Shown here piece by piece: positions 27,418-37,547 of a DNA stretch of 50,436 nucleotides. A program made the position numbers and the translations under genes. A model generated the notes under the pieces. That model made no database searches. It was not told the DNA's origin and was given only the letters and a program-made list of their open reading frames with translations. The stretch is from NCBI GenBank assembly GCA_964345725.1, contig CAYFSE010000098.1, forward strand, positions 1 to 50,436, read 5' to 3'. Each line of letters begins with the position of its first letter. Position 1 is the first letter of the stretch. Source of the stretch: an uncultured Dehalococcoidales bacterium (lineage in GTDB: Bacteria > Chloroflexota > Dehalococcoidia > GIF9 > AB-539-J10).

Positions 27418-28692
27418 ATGAAAAGGATATTAGCTCTGATCCTCGCTGGTGGGGAAGGGAAAAGACTGAGTGTGTTGGCGCACGAGCGTGCCAAGCCGGC
27501 AGTCCCCTTCGCTGGTAAATATCGCATCATTGATTTCACATTAAGCAATTGTGTTAACTCAGGGATCAACGCGGTAGCCATTATACCGCAGTATAATCCC
27601 CGCTCGTTAGCACGCCACATTGGAGTGGGCAAACCCTGGGACCTTGACCGTGTAATGGGAGGAATCGCTTTACTCTACCCTTTCGTAAGCACCAATGGAG
27701 AGATGCACTGGTATAAAGGCACTGCCGAGGCTGTCTACCACAACCTGGGTTTTGTACAGGACAGCCGTATTGATCAGGTTCTCATCCTTTCAGGAGACCA
27801 CGTTTACACCATGAATTACGAAGAGATGATCAAATTTCACCGCCAGCAGAGAGCTGATATTACGGTTGCAGTCACTGAGGTGCCTTGGAATGAAACCAGT
27901 CGCTTCGGCATCGTGTCTCTCGACGATCGTGACAGGGTGGTTGCCTTTGAAGAAAAACCATCGCAACCAAAAAGCAACCTGGCTTCGATGGGCATATACA
28001 TCTTCAACAGGGGTATCCTCTTCGAAATTCTGGCCGATGCTCATCGCCGCGGATTGCGCGATTTTGGGAGCGAGATCATACCGGACGCAATAGCCCGATA
28101 CCGGATGTACGGCTATGAATATCAAGGCTACTGGCGCGATGTCGGCACAATTGACGCCTACTGGCAAGCCAATATGGACCTCGTTGTTGATTTACCGCGG
28201 TTTAATCTCTACGATCCTGAGACTGAAGTAAGAACGCTTTCGGTAGATATGCCCCCAGTGAAAGCAGGACCAAAGGCTCAAATAAGCAGAAGCCTCGTCA
28301 GCAACGGCTGTATTATAAACGGCACCGTGTTTAATTCGGTGCTTTCTCCCCACGTTTATGTGGAGGAGGGAGCCCACGTGATGGACTCTATAATTTTCCA
28401 TGATACCACTATTGCTCAGGACGCCGTTGTGGACCATTCCATCATTGACAAGGAATGCTACGTTGGCTCTGGATGCTGGATTGGCTGTGGCGACGACTAT
28501 ACACCCAATAAGGACGAACCCGATTATTTGAATGTTGGCATCACCGTAATTGGCAAGGCAGCAAGGCTACCTCAAGGGCTGAGAGTCGGGCGAAACTGCA
28601 AGATTGACCCTGGGGTTAAGGAGAGTGATTTTTCTACTCTCTGTATTCCCAGTGGTAGTTCTGTGGAAGGAGAAAAAGTCCTTCAAGCCTGA
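27418..28692 (+). CDS. glgC: Glucose-1-phosphate adenylyltransferase
   Basis: 424-aa ORF with [36 protein letters not shown] and a C-terminal left-handed beta-helix region. Confidence 0.93.
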   Translation: MKRILALILAGGEGKRLSVLAHERAKPAVPFAGKYRIIDFTLSNCVNSGINAVAIIPQYNPRSLARHIGVGKPWDLDRVMGGIALLYPFVSTNGEMHWYKGTAEAVYHNLGFVQDSRIDQVLILSGDHVYTMNYEEMIKFHRQQRADITVAVTEVPWNETSRFGIVSLDDRDRVVAFEEKPSQPKSNLASMGIYIFNRGILFEILADAHRRGLRDFGSEIIPDAIARYRMYGYEYQGYWRDVGTIDAYWQANMDLVVDLPRFNLYDPETEVRTLSVDMPPVKAGPKAQISRSLVSNGCIINGTVFNSVLSPHVYVEEGAHVMDSIIFHDTTIAQDAVVDHSIIDKECYVGSGCWIGCGDDYTPNKDEPDYLNVGITVIGKAARLPQGLRVGRNCKIDPGVKESDFSTLCIPSGSSVEGEKVLQA

Positions 28693-28700
28693 CCTCAAAG

Positions 28701-30125
28701 ATGAAAATCCTGTTCGCTGCCTCTGAAGCTTTTCCCCTGGCTAAGGTAGGCGGACTCGCAGATGTCACAAGCTCTCTATCCATAGCTCTCCATGACTTGG
28801 GACACGAGCCTTGCTTGATGCTGCCTAGATATAATAGCATTAAGATCCCCGTCCAAGACGTTCGGAGCGGAAGTTTCGTTGTCAGCTTTATGGGTCATTC
28901 TGAACAAGTAGCCCTGAAAATGGCCAGATTGAAGAATAAGATACCAGTTTACTTGTTAGAAAACGACGCTTATTTCGGAACTGAGGAAATCTATACACAG
29001 GACGAGTTAAAACGCTTCCTTTTTTTTTCACTGACTATCCCGGCCACTATTTCCCAGCTCGACCTTAACCTGGATATTGTTCATTGTCATGACTGGCATA
29101 CCGCCTTAACTCCCCTATGGCTCAGGAAAGCAAAGATGAAGATGCCCTGCATATTTACGATTCACAACTTGGCTTATCAGGGCTACTTCGATCAGCAATT
29201 CTTCCTGGACTGCGGCCTTTCTCCTGTATGGCAAGAGTATATCCCAGTCAGTGCTCCCAGACCATCGCTCACCTTCATGAGCCAGGGAATCCTTTTGGCT
29301 GACATCGTGACCACGGTCAGTCCCAACTATGCCTCAGAGATACTGACAACACAATATGGTAAGGGCGCAGACCACCTACTGAACTATCGTCGCAATGAGC
29401 TTTGTGGCATAGTCAACGGCATTGATTATGACGAATACAACCCGTCTAGCGACCCCTATTTGGAGAGGAACTACGATTGCACTACGATAGAGAGAAGGGT
29501 TGATAATAAACTTGTTCTGCAAAAAAGGGGCCGGCTGCCACTGAACTCTGATACCCCTGTGATCGGTATGGTGTCCCGCCTTGACGAACAGAAGGGGATT
29601 GACTTGCTGCTTCAGGCCATAGACGAGTTCATCGCCCAAACAAGAGCACAGCTAGTTATCCTTGGTGAAGGAAGAGAGCACTACCATAGACTGCTTGCCG
29701 AAGCAGCTTTGAAGCATCCTGACCGAGTCTCAATATTTATTGCCAATGATGAACGATTGGCTCGTCTCATCTACGGCGGCTCTGACATATTTCTCATGCC
29801 TTCGCGTTTTGAACCCTGTGGATTGGGTCAAATGATCGCCATGCGATATGGTGCTATCCCTGTTGTGCGCCATACCGGAGGGCTGGCTGATACAGTCAGG
29901 GATGTAGCTGAAGTACATGGGAATGGCTTCGTATTTCAAAGTTACGCTGCCTCGGACATGCTGGAGGCGATAAAGAAAGCCGAAGCAAGCTTCTATCACC
30001 GGGACGATTGGAACGATCTGGTGCGACACAACATGAAGCTAGATTTCTCGTGGAAAACCTCGGCTAGAAAATACGAAGAGATTTATCTACGGGCCAGGAG
30101 AATGCCCCGGCCTTGGCTGACGTAA
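28701..30125 (+). CDS. glgA: Glycogen synthase (GT5)
   Basis: 474-aa ORF with MKILFAASEAFPLAKVGGLADV, PSRFEPCGL and RHTGGLADTV. It starts 8 bp after glgC. Confidence 0.93.
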   Translation: MKILFAASEAFPLAKVGGLADVTSSLSIALHDLGHEPCLMLPRYNSIKIPVQDVRSGSFVVSFMGHSEQVALKMARLKNKIPVYLLENDAYFGTEEIYTQDELKRFLFFSLTIPATISQLDLNLDIVHCHDWHTALTPLWLRKAKMKMPCIFTIHNLAYQGYFDQQFFLDCGLSPVWQEYIPVSAPRPSLTFMSQGILLADIVTTVSPNYASEILTTQYGKGADHLLNYRRNELCGIVNGIDYDEYNPSSDPYLERNYDCTTIERRVDNKLVLQKRGRLPLNSDTPVIGMVSRLDEQKGIDLLLQAIDEFIAQTRAQLVILGEGREHYHRLLAEAALKHPDRVSIFIANDERLARLIYGGSDIFLMPSRFEPCGLGQMIAMRYGAIPVVRHTGGLADTVRDVAEVHGNGFVFQSYAASDMLEAIKKAEASFYHRDDWNDLVRHNMKLDFSWKTSARKYEEIYLRARRMPRPWLT

Positions 30126-30160
30126 CTACTGCAAAGCTAAGAAAAGGGGCATAGAGAGTT

Positions 30161-31537
30161 ATGGCTATTATTGATTGGCTAGCAGTCAACTGGCTTTCTA
30201 TTGCAGTGCCGGTGTTAGTTTTCCTCGGCGTCTTTTTTATTTCCCTGTGGCTTAGGCGGGTTACTTACAATGCTATAGAGCGCTGGCTGCAAGAAAGACA
30301 GACAGAGATCAACACAATCATCGTGTCAGTCACTAGAGTGCCGTTTCTCCACTGGCTTCTCATATTGGGTGCTCACATCGCACTACGGGTTTCAGTCCTG
30401 TCGCCGCAGTGGAAGAGCCTCGGTGGCAAAATCCTGACCAGCGTTTTTATCGCTTACCTTGGGTGGGTTTTAGTCCGATTGAGCAAAGAACTAATCCATC
30501 TTTATTTGAACAGGGCAAAAGCTTCAGACAGGGCAGTTGGGATCACTATGAACATTGTTCAGGTGACAATTATTGTCGTTGGCATTCTGATGCTCCTTGA
30601 GCTTTGGGGAGCACCTTTGACACCAGTTCTCATCGCCCTTGCTGCCGCCTTGGCAGTCGCTGTTATTGTCCTTCACGATGTCTTCCCCAGCTTGTTCTCG
30701 GGACTTCAATTGACTCAACAGGAGAAAATCAGAGTTGGTGATTCGATCAAACTAGAATCTGGGGAGGAGGGTCGTGTAGAAGAGATAACCTGGAGGAATA
30801 CCCAGATAAAAACCCTGGATGGCAGCAGAATCATTATCCCTAATACCAAGTTAATGCAGACTACGATTACCAATTATGGGAAGCCACTTAAAGCGGCTGA
30901 AAAGCCGTTTCAGTTTTCCACCAGGCTTCAGCTGAAGGAATTGACTGGCCTAAGCGCCAGCAATTTGTCTCGGTTATCTAGCGGGCTTCAAGAGGTTCCC
31001 GATGCTGTGGTCTACTATCATACCCATAGTTTTGTCGAGGAATACCAGTTTCTTACTCCCGAACCGACCAACGATTTCGCCTTATGGGTGGAGGATGCCC
31101 TAGGCTACAATGTTTTGGCTGAAAGGCTGGCGAGCATTGACACCTTTGAATTTCCCACTATCGGGGCGCTGAGACAAAGGATTATCGGGGTCATTCAAGA
31201 TTTTTTGGCCCAGACATCCGACGAACGTGAGGCACCATCAGGCCACGAATTCCATTTCGTCAAGTCCATAAGCGTTGTCCTGCCTACTGCCTACGTTGCT
31301 CGCAACCTACATGAATTTGTTGGCATACTGAGGAGAATTAGCATAGGGTCGCTTTACTTCCATATTTTTGAGGCCAAGCTAAGGCTACAACGGGGCACAA
31401 ACGATTTTTCCCTCTGGCTTGAAGACTGTCTGGGAGAAAAGCAGTTGGCGGAGCAAATCAACCGCCTCGACCCCTACAACTACACCATGGAGAATCTCCG
31501 AGAAATCATCATTCAGCTTTGTGAGAGAAGGCTATGA
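30161..31537 (+). CDS. MscS-family mechanosensitive channel fused to two C-terminal NDFxxW (DUF5752-like) repeats
   Basis: 458-aa ORF with N-terminal TM helices and an MscS beta-domain (IRVGDSIKLESGEEGRVEEITWRNTQIKTLDGSRIIIPNTKL). Two repeats follow, at about aa 250-349 and 363-458, carrying YYHTHS...NDFALWVEDALG and YFHIF...NDFSLWLEDCLG. Confidence 0.85.
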   Translation: MAIIDWLAVNWLSIAVPVLVFLGVFFISLWLRRVTYNAIERWLQERQTEINTIIVSVTRVPFLHWLLILGAHIALRVSVLSPQWKSLGGKILTSVFIAYLGWVLVRLSKELIHLYLNRAKASDRAVGITMNIVQVTIIVVGILMLLELWGAPLTPVLIALAAALAVAVIVLHDVFPSLFSGLQLTQQEKIRVGDSIKLESGEEGRVEEITWRNTQIKTLDGSRIIIPNTKLMQTTITNYGKPLKAAEKPFQFSTRLQLKELTGLSASNLSRLSSGLQEVPDAVVYYHTHSFVEEYQFLTPEPTNDFALWVEDALGYNVLAERLASIDTFEFPTIGALRQRIIGVIQDFLAQTSDEREAPSGHEFHFVKSISVVLPTAYVARNLHEFVGILRRISIGSLYFHIFEAKLRLQRGTNDFSLWLEDCLGEKQLAEQINRLDPYNYTMENLREIIIQLCERRL

Positions 31538-32769
31538 ATCCGAAAACAAACGTTAAGGATTATGAAGCCATCGTCGGCAAAAGTTACATTGAAGAGCTGA
31601 CGATGCTGGCAAATCGACTATCGGGCAAGACTATTCTGAACATAAATTCTACCTTCGTGGGCGGAGGTGTCGCCGAAATATTGTCTCGCCTTGTGCCGTT
31701 GCTCAATCAACTGGGAGTTGATGTCAGATGGCAAATCATCTCGGGTGATGCTCAGTTCTTTAAAGTGACAAAGAAATTGCACAATGCCCTCCACGGCAGG
31801 GCAGAAAATATTTCGGATGACGAGTTCGATTTGTTTATGGAAACAACAGAAAGGAACCTGAATCAGATTGATTTTTCCGGAGATATCCTGTTCGTCCATG
31901 ACCCCCAGCCGGCGGCTTTGATAACAAAGAAGAGAACTATTGGTAAGAACTGGATATGGCGGTGCCATATAGACATTTCTCAGCCTGACAGCAGAGTATG
32001 GAAAGCGTTAAGGCAGTTTGTAATTAACTACGATGCTGCGGTTTTCTCTTCCCCCAACTTCGCACAGGTATTGCCAATACGCCAATTCTTTGCTCCGCCT
32101 TCTATCGACCCTTTGAGCGACAAAAACAAGGAATTGTCTGCCGAGGCCGTGGATGCTGTTCTCGCCAAATATGATCTAGACTCCGACAAAGCGATGATTC
32201 TTCAGGTCTCTCGCTTCGATCGACTAAAAGATCCTTTAGGAGTAATCAGAGCTTTTGAGCTCGTGAGAAGAAATTTCGTTTGTCAACTAGTCCTCGCTGG
32301 CGGCATCGCCAGTGATGATCCTGAGTCTGATGAAGTGCTGGAAGAGGTGAAGGAGCGAGCCGCCGGCAATCCAGATATACGTATATTGGATATACCGCCT
32401 GAGAGTGATGTTGACATCAATGCTTTGCAGAGAGCAGCCACCATAATTATGCAAAAATCTTTGAGAGAAGGCTTTGCGCTCACTATAACAGAGGCTTTGT
32501 GGAAGGCAAAGCCAGTGGTGGCAAGCGCTGTCGGCGGCATACCACTCCAAGTAAGAAATAAACTCACTGGGCTTCTGTGTCATAGTATAGAGGGTGCAGC
32601 TTATGCCCTAAGGCAAATTCTAGCTAATCCTGACTATGGTCGCTGGCTGGGACGCAATGGCAGAGAGCATATCCGCCAGCATTTTCTGATTACCCGCGAA
32701 ATCAGGGACTACCTGTTGATTTTTGTCACGTTGGGACACAGGGAAGATGTTATTTCTCTATTGAGATAA
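31534..32769 (+). CDS. treT: Trehalose glycosyltransferring synthase-like GT4 glycosyltransferase
   Basis: 411-aa ORF. NINSTFVGGGVAEILSRLVPLLNQLGVDVRWQII..FFKVTKKLHNALHG matches the archaeal/bacterial TreT N-terminal pattern as I recall it. ATGA overlap with the MscS gene. Confidence 0.75.
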   Translation: MNPKTNVKDYEAIVGKSYIEELTMLANRLSGKTILNINSTFVGGGVAEILSRLVPLLNQLGVDVRWQIISGDAQFFKVTKKLHNALHGRAENISDDEFDLFMETTERNLNQIDFSGDILFVHDPQPAALITKKRTIGKNWIWRCHIDISQPDSRVWKALRQFVINYDAAVFSSPNFAQVLPIRQFFAPPSIDPLSDKNKELSAEAVDAVLAKYDLDSDKAMILQVSRFDRLKDPLGVIRAFELVRRNFVCQLVLAGGIASDDPESDEVLEEVKERAAGNPDIRILDIPPESDVDINALQRAATIIMQKSLREGFALTITEALWKAKPVVASAVGGIPLQVRNKLTGLLCHSIEGAAYALRQILANPDYGRWLGRNGREHIRQHFLITREIRDYLLIFVTLGHREDVISLLR

Positions 32770-32866
32770 TCTCTGGGTCTTGTTAGAATTAGGAAGATCG
32801 CCCGAGAGTCTGCTTTTCGTCTTGCGGTAGACGTGTACGAGGAAGGTACAATCACGTTCCTAGTGT

Positions 32867-34354
32867 ATGGACTTGTGTATGATCAAAGAAGAGTTACAAG
32901 CACTGGTAGGTAGTAAGCTCAAGGAATATCCATTCATAGTGGTATCCAACAGAGAGCCTTATATCCATAGCTGGGTGGGTGAGGAAATCAAGTGCCGCCG
33001 CCCTGCTAGCGGCCTGACTATGGCTCTAGATCCAGTGATGCAGGCTTGCGGTGGAACGTGGATTGCCCATGGCAGCGGAGACGCTGACCCTGATGTGGCA
33101 GACGAAGAGGGCAGGATCTCCGTACCTATCGAAGCCCCTCGCTATATGCTAAAGCGTGTCTGGCTATCCAAAAGTGAGGAAGCAGCTTACTACGACGGCT
33201 TCTCTAACCAGGCGCTGTGGCCTTTGTGTCATATTGTCTATGTCAAACCAATATTCCGTCAGAAGGACTGGGATACCTATAAGGAAGTCAACCGTCGGTT
33301 TGCGGACGCCGTGTACGCGGAAGTGCGTGAGCAAGGCGCCTTTGTTTTTATTCAAGATTATCACCTTGCTCTGCTGCCAAAGATGATTAAGGAGCGCTGC
33401 CCTAACGTAATTACTGCTCACTTCTGGCACATACCGTGGCCTAACTATGAGGCATTCAGGATCTGTCCATGGCAGGAAGAGATTCTAGATGGTCTTCTGG
33501 CCAATGATCTGATTGGGTTCCACACTCTCTACCATTGCAGCAACTTTTTGGAGACTGTTGACCGAACCTTGGAATGTAGGATCGAGCGGGAAAAGCATGC
33601 GATCACAAGAGGTGGGCATAGCACTCATGTGCAAGCTTTTCCTATAAGTGTGGATTTTGCCGAAATATCAGCTCGAGCTAGCCGGGAAGAGGTAGCTACT
33701 GAAATGGATAGGCTGAGACGTGACTATAACCTGAGGCAGGAATTCATTGGCATCGGCATCGACCGCCTGGATTACACCAAGGGTATAGTGGAAAGGTTTA
33801 AGGCAATTGATTTGTTCTTGAGTAGGAATCCCCGGTACGAAGGACGCTTCACCTTTGTGCAGGCAGGTGAGCCAAGTAGAACCCATGTTGAGGAATACAA
33901 GCAACTAAACGAAGAAATTGATGAACTGGTAGAGGAGATAAATTGGCGCCGCTGGAGAAGTCGCTGGAAACCTATACTGTATCTCAGGGAGCATTTCACC
34001 CCTTTCACTTTGAGTGCTCTACAAAGACTAGCCAACTTCTGTATCGTCAGTTCCTTGCACGACGGGATGAATCTAGTGGCTAAGGAATTCGTCTCTTCTC
34101 GAGTGGATGCCGATGGCGTGCTCATCCTTAGTCGTTTTACCGGCGCTGCCCGGGAGCTTACCGATGCTTTGCTCGTTAATCCTTACTCTGTGGATGATAT
34201 AGCCAAAGCTATCAAGGTCGCGGTCAACATGTCGAGGAAGGAACAGCGGACACGAATGTCTTCGCTGCGAGCAACTGTGCAAGAAAATAACATCTATTCC
34301 TGGGCCGGTGATATCATCTCTGAAATAGCTAAATTTCAGTTCCCCGAGGGTTAA
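32867..34354 (+). CDS. otsA: Alpha,alpha-trehalose-phosphate synthase (GT20)
   Basis: 495-aa ORF with FIVVSNREPY, GFSNQALWPLCH, IQDYHL and SLHDGMNLVAKEF. Confidence 0.9.
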   Translation: MDLCMIKEELQALVGSKLKEYPFIVVSNREPYIHSWVGEEIKCRRPASGLTMALDPVMQACGGTWIAHGSGDADPDVADEEGRISVPIEAPRYMLKRVWLSKSEEAAYYDGFSNQALWPLCHIVYVKPIFRQKDWDTYKEVNRRFADAVYAEVREQGAFVFIQDYHLALLPKMIKERCPNVITAHFWHIPWPNYEAFRICPWQEEILDGLLANDLIGFHTLYHCSNFLETVDRTLECRIEREKHAITRGGHSTHVQAFPISVDFAEISARASREEVATEMDRLRRDYNLRQEFIGIGIDRLDYTKGIVERFKAIDLFLSRNPRYEGRFTFVQAGEPSRTHVEEYKQLNEEIDELVEEINWRRWRSRWKPILYLREHFTPFTLSALQRLANFCIVSSLHDGMNLVAKEFVSSRVDADGVLILSRFTGAARELTDALLVNPYSVDDIAKAIKVAVNMSRKEQRTRMSSLRATVQENNIYSWAGDIISEIAKFQFPEG

Positions 34355-34462
34355 ATTCAGCCCTAGGGAGTTCCAAAGCCCTCTTTGGGAGCCTCGTTAG
34401 ATTTCGGTTCTAAATTGACGGAGGCCCCCAGAAGATTGGAGAATGTTCGTGGGGTGGTTTGA

Positions 34463-35284
34463 TTGCGCCATTTGTTTCAATGCTGGAATGAAATAGCTAG
34501 GCAGGTCACTGAAGCATCGCAGATACTGCTATTCCTGGACTACGACGGCACCCTTACGCCCATTGTTGCTAGGCCTGAAATGGCAGTGCTATCGTCCCAA
34601 GTGAGAAAGATACTAAAGCAAATAAGTTGCCGCAGCCTCTTCAAACTAGCGATAATCAGTGGCCGAAGCTTGAGTGAGATAAAGACGCTGCTCGCACTGG
34701 CGAACATAGCCTATGCTGGTAATCATGGCTTGGAGATTGAATGTCCTCCTGGCTACTGCCAGGGGCGTGGTCGTGAAACAACCACCTTCAATCACCCTGT
34801 GGCTAAGAAATTCCAACCTAGGCTGGAGAGACTGGAACAGAGGCTGAGGAAAAGGCTTGCAGATATTGACGGCATAGTCATCCAAAACAAGGGACTCACT
34901 CTGAGTGTCCATTATCGTCTGGCGGAGAAGACTGCAATAAGGAGAATAAGACAGCTCTTCTCTGAAGCCATTGAGTGCGCAGATGCGAAAGACAAGCTGC
35001 AGGTCAGCGAAGGCAAGAAAGTGCTCGAGGTGAGACCACCTGTTGACTGGAATAAAGGTAAAGCTATCGAGTGGCTCCTGCAAATATATGGAACGCCGGG
35101 AGATCTACCTATTTTCGCCGGCGATGATGTCACTGATGAGGATGGTTTTAGGATCTTGCATAAGCTCGGTGGCATCTCTGTATTGGTTGGCAAGGACAAG
35201 GCCTCCAGTGCCGCTCACTACTATCTGGACTCTCCTGAGCAACTTCATCATTGGCTAGGAAAGCTGCTAGAAGCAACACAATGA
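34463..35284 (+). CDS. otsB: Trehalose-6-phosphate phosphatase (HAD family)
   Basis: 273-aa ORF with HAD motif I LFLDYDGTLTPIV, VLEVRP..WNKG and FAGDDVTDEDGF. TTG start as given by the track. Confidence 0.85.
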   Translation: MRHLFQCWNEIARQVTEASQILLFLDYDGTLTPIVARPEMAVLSSQVRKILKQISCRSLFKLAIISGRSLSEIKTLLALANIAYAGNHGLEIECPPGYCQGRGRETTTFNHPVAKKFQPRLERLEQRLRKRLADIDGIVIQNKGLTLSVHYRLAEKTAIRRIRQLFSEAIECADAKDKLQVSEGKKVLEVRPPVDWNKGKAIEWLLQIYGTPGDLPIFAGDDVTDEDGFRILHKLGGISVLVGKDKASSAAHYYLDSPEQLHHWLGKLLEATQ

Positions 35285-35458
35285 AGAAGATGGCCAAAGG
35301 AAGAAGAAAGAGCATATCCTCGAAGAATGAGATACATAGTTCGCCATTGTGCTGCAACATAGGCACGAAAGTATGCTCGACAATGATAACCTATCTCTTG
35401 TTGCCACCATGGTAGGTGGAAGTTCAGTGCCTGGAATTGGTCATTTCCACAGCGTCCA

Positions 35459-35487
35459 TTGACAGCTACGTACGAATCAGGTATAAC
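35459..35487 (+). promoter_or_regulatory. Candidate sigma70-type promoter upstream of glgE (TTGACA-17 nt-TATAAC)
   Basis: TTGACA at 35459-35464, a 17-nt spacer and TATAAC at 35482-35487, inside the 247-bp otsB-glgE gap. Confidence 0.45.
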
Positions 35488-35531
35488 CCTTTTGGGCAAT
35501 TAGTTGGTGACGCGAAGAATAGCTCCAACTG

Positions 35532-37547
35532 TTGGCCACAGGTCATTTGATTGTGGAAGAGGCGACAGGTCAAACACGGGTGATTCTCGAAGGGCTGAAG
35601 CCCGAAATCGACGGCGGCCGCTTTCCCGTTAAGCGAGTTATCGGCGAAACGATAGTCGTGGAAGCCGACATTTTCGCCGACCGTCATGACGCCATATCGG
35701 CTTTGCTCCTCTATCGTAAGGAAGACGACCTCGAATGGACTCAAACTCCCATGAAAGCGTTGATCAATGACCGCTGGCGCGGCTCGTTCGTGGTGGCCGA
35801 GCTCGGGCGTTATCGATACACTGTTTTGGCCTGGGTTGACCAATTCGAATCATGGAGGCGGGCTCTAACAAAGAAGTCCCAAGCGGGCCAAGAGGTTTCG
35901 GTTGAGCTTCTAGTAGGGGCCCAGTTCATTGCAGAAGCAAGTCACCGAGCTCCCAAGCCTGAAAGACAGAAGATGGCAGCATGGGCAAGTATCCTGCAAT
36001 CTACACAGGCGACAGAGCCGGCTAAGATTCAGCTAGCCCTCAGCGAGGAAGTGTTGGAGTGTATGGGTAAGCACCCTGACAAGCGATTTGCCACCACCTA
36101 TTCCAAGCAGCTCGTGGTGGTGGTTGATAGGGAAAAAGCTCGCTTTAGCACTTGGTATGAGATGTTTCCCCGTTCTTGTGCTCATGGGTCGAGCCGCCAC
36201 GCAACTTTCAAGGACTGCACGGTCCGCCTTGCCTATATTGCAGCCATGGGCTTTGACGTACTCTATTTACCCCCCATCCATCCTATCGGCCAGGCCCACC
36301 GGAAAGGGAGAAACAATAGTCATGTAGCCAAGCCGGATGACCCGGGCACTCCCTGGGCTATCGGCTCGAAAGAGGGAGGACACAAGTCCGTTCACCCTCA
36401 ACTTGGCACCTTGAAGGATTTCAAGGACTTTCTAGACAAGGCTCGCGAGTATGGTATTGAAATTGCCATGGACATTGCCTTCCAGTGTGCTCCTGACCAT
36501 CCTTATATAGAGGAGCATCCGGAATGGTTTCGCTGGCGTCCTGATAATACTGTGCAGTATGCGGAAAATCCGCCAAAAAAGTATGAAGACATCTATCCCT
36601 TCGAGTTTGAAAGCGAGAATTGGCGAGAACTCTGGACAGAACTCAAGAGCGTCGTCCTCTTCTGGATCGAACGGGGCATCCATATTTTCCGCGTAGACAA
36701 CCCTCATACCAAGCCATTTCATTTCTGGGAGTGGTTGATTACAGACATCAAAATGTCATACCCTGATGTCATTTTTCTCTCTGAGGCATTCACCCGCCCC
36801 AAGATAATGTACCAACTGGCCAAGTTAGGTTTTGCTCAATCCTACACTTATTTTGCCTGGCGCAATACAAAGTGGGAGTTGACCCAATACTTCGCCGAAC
36901 TCACTCAAACCGAGGTTCGAGAGTATTTCCGTCCCAATCTCTGGCCCAACACACCGGATATCCTGACCGAATATCTTCAGTTCGGCGGATCTCCGGCGTT
37001 TATGGCCCGACTCGTCCTGGCAGCTACTTTGGGAGCCAGCTACGGCATCTACGGCCCAGCTTTTGAACTCTGTGAGAATCGTCCCAGAGAACCGGGAAGC
37101 GAAGAGTATCTAGACTCAGAAAAGTACGAGATCAAAGACTGGGAGATTACTAAATCTGATAGCCTGAAGGACTTCATCGCCCGAGTCAATCGAATTCGGA
37201 GGGATAACCCTGCCCTTCACAGCGACTGGAGCCTTCGTTTCCACAAGGTAGATAACGAGCAACTAATCTGCTATAGCAAGCACACCGATGACCTCTCCAA
37301 TGTTGTCCTGGTAGTGGTGAATCTGGATCCTCACCATACTCAGTCCGCCTGGGTAGAGTTTCCCTTAGAGCAGCTGGGTATCGATCCTCAGAAGCCTTAC
37401 CAGATGCATGACCTCTTGAGCGATGCCCGCTACCTTTGGCAAGGGTCGCGAAACTATGTCGAACTCAATCCGCAAATTGTCCCCGCTCACGTCTTCCGTA
37501 TGCGTCGGCGAGTGCGCACGGAGCGAGACTTTGATTACTATATGTAA
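35532..37547 (+). CDS. glgE: Alpha-1,4-glucan:maltose-1-phosphate maltosyltransferase (GH13_3)
   Basis: 671-aa ORF with PEIDGGRFPVKRVIGE, WYEMFPRS, MGFDVLYLPPIHPIG..RKGRNN and FRVDNPHTKP. The start codon is uncertain: TTG at 35532, with other in-frame TTG/GTG codons within about 45 nt. Confidence 0.9.
   Translation: MATGHLIVEEATGQTRVILEGLKPEIDGGRFPVKRVIGETIVVEADIFADRHDAISALLLYRKEDDLEWTQTPMKALINDRWRGSFVVAELGRYRYTVLAWVDQFESWRRALTKKSQAGQEVSVELLVGAQFIAEASHRAPKPERQKMAAWASILQSTQATEPAKIQLALSEEVLECMGKHPDKRFATTYSKQLVVVVDREKARFSTWYEMFPRSCAHGSSRHATFKDCTVRLAYIAAMGFDVLYLPPIHPIGQAHRKGRNNSHVAKPDDPGTPWAIGSKEGGHKSVHPQLGTLKDFKDFLDKAREYGIEIAMDIAFQCAPDHPYIEEHPEWFRWRPDNTVQYAENPPKKYEDIYPFEFESENWRELWTELKSVVLFWIERGIHIFRVDNPHTKPFHFWEWLITDIKMSYPDVIFLSEAFTRPKIMYQLAKLGFAQSYTYFAWRNTKWELTQYFAELTQTEVREYFRPNLWPNTPDILTEYLQFGGSPAFMARLVLAATLGASYGIYGPAFELCENRPREPGSEEYLDSEKYEIKDWEITKSDSLKDFIARVNRIRRDNPALHSDWSLRFHKVDNEQLICYSKHTDDLSNVVLVVVNLDPHHTQSAWVEFPLEQLGIDPQKPYQMHDLLSDARYLWQGSRNYVELNPQIVPAHVFRMRRRVRTERDFDYYM

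Noticed and set aside
34373-34388. Hairpin CCAAAG-CCCT-CTTTGG after otsA, considered as an intrinsic terminator.
   Set aside because: It has only a 6-bp stem and no downstream U-tract, so it is not convincing as a Rho-independent terminator.
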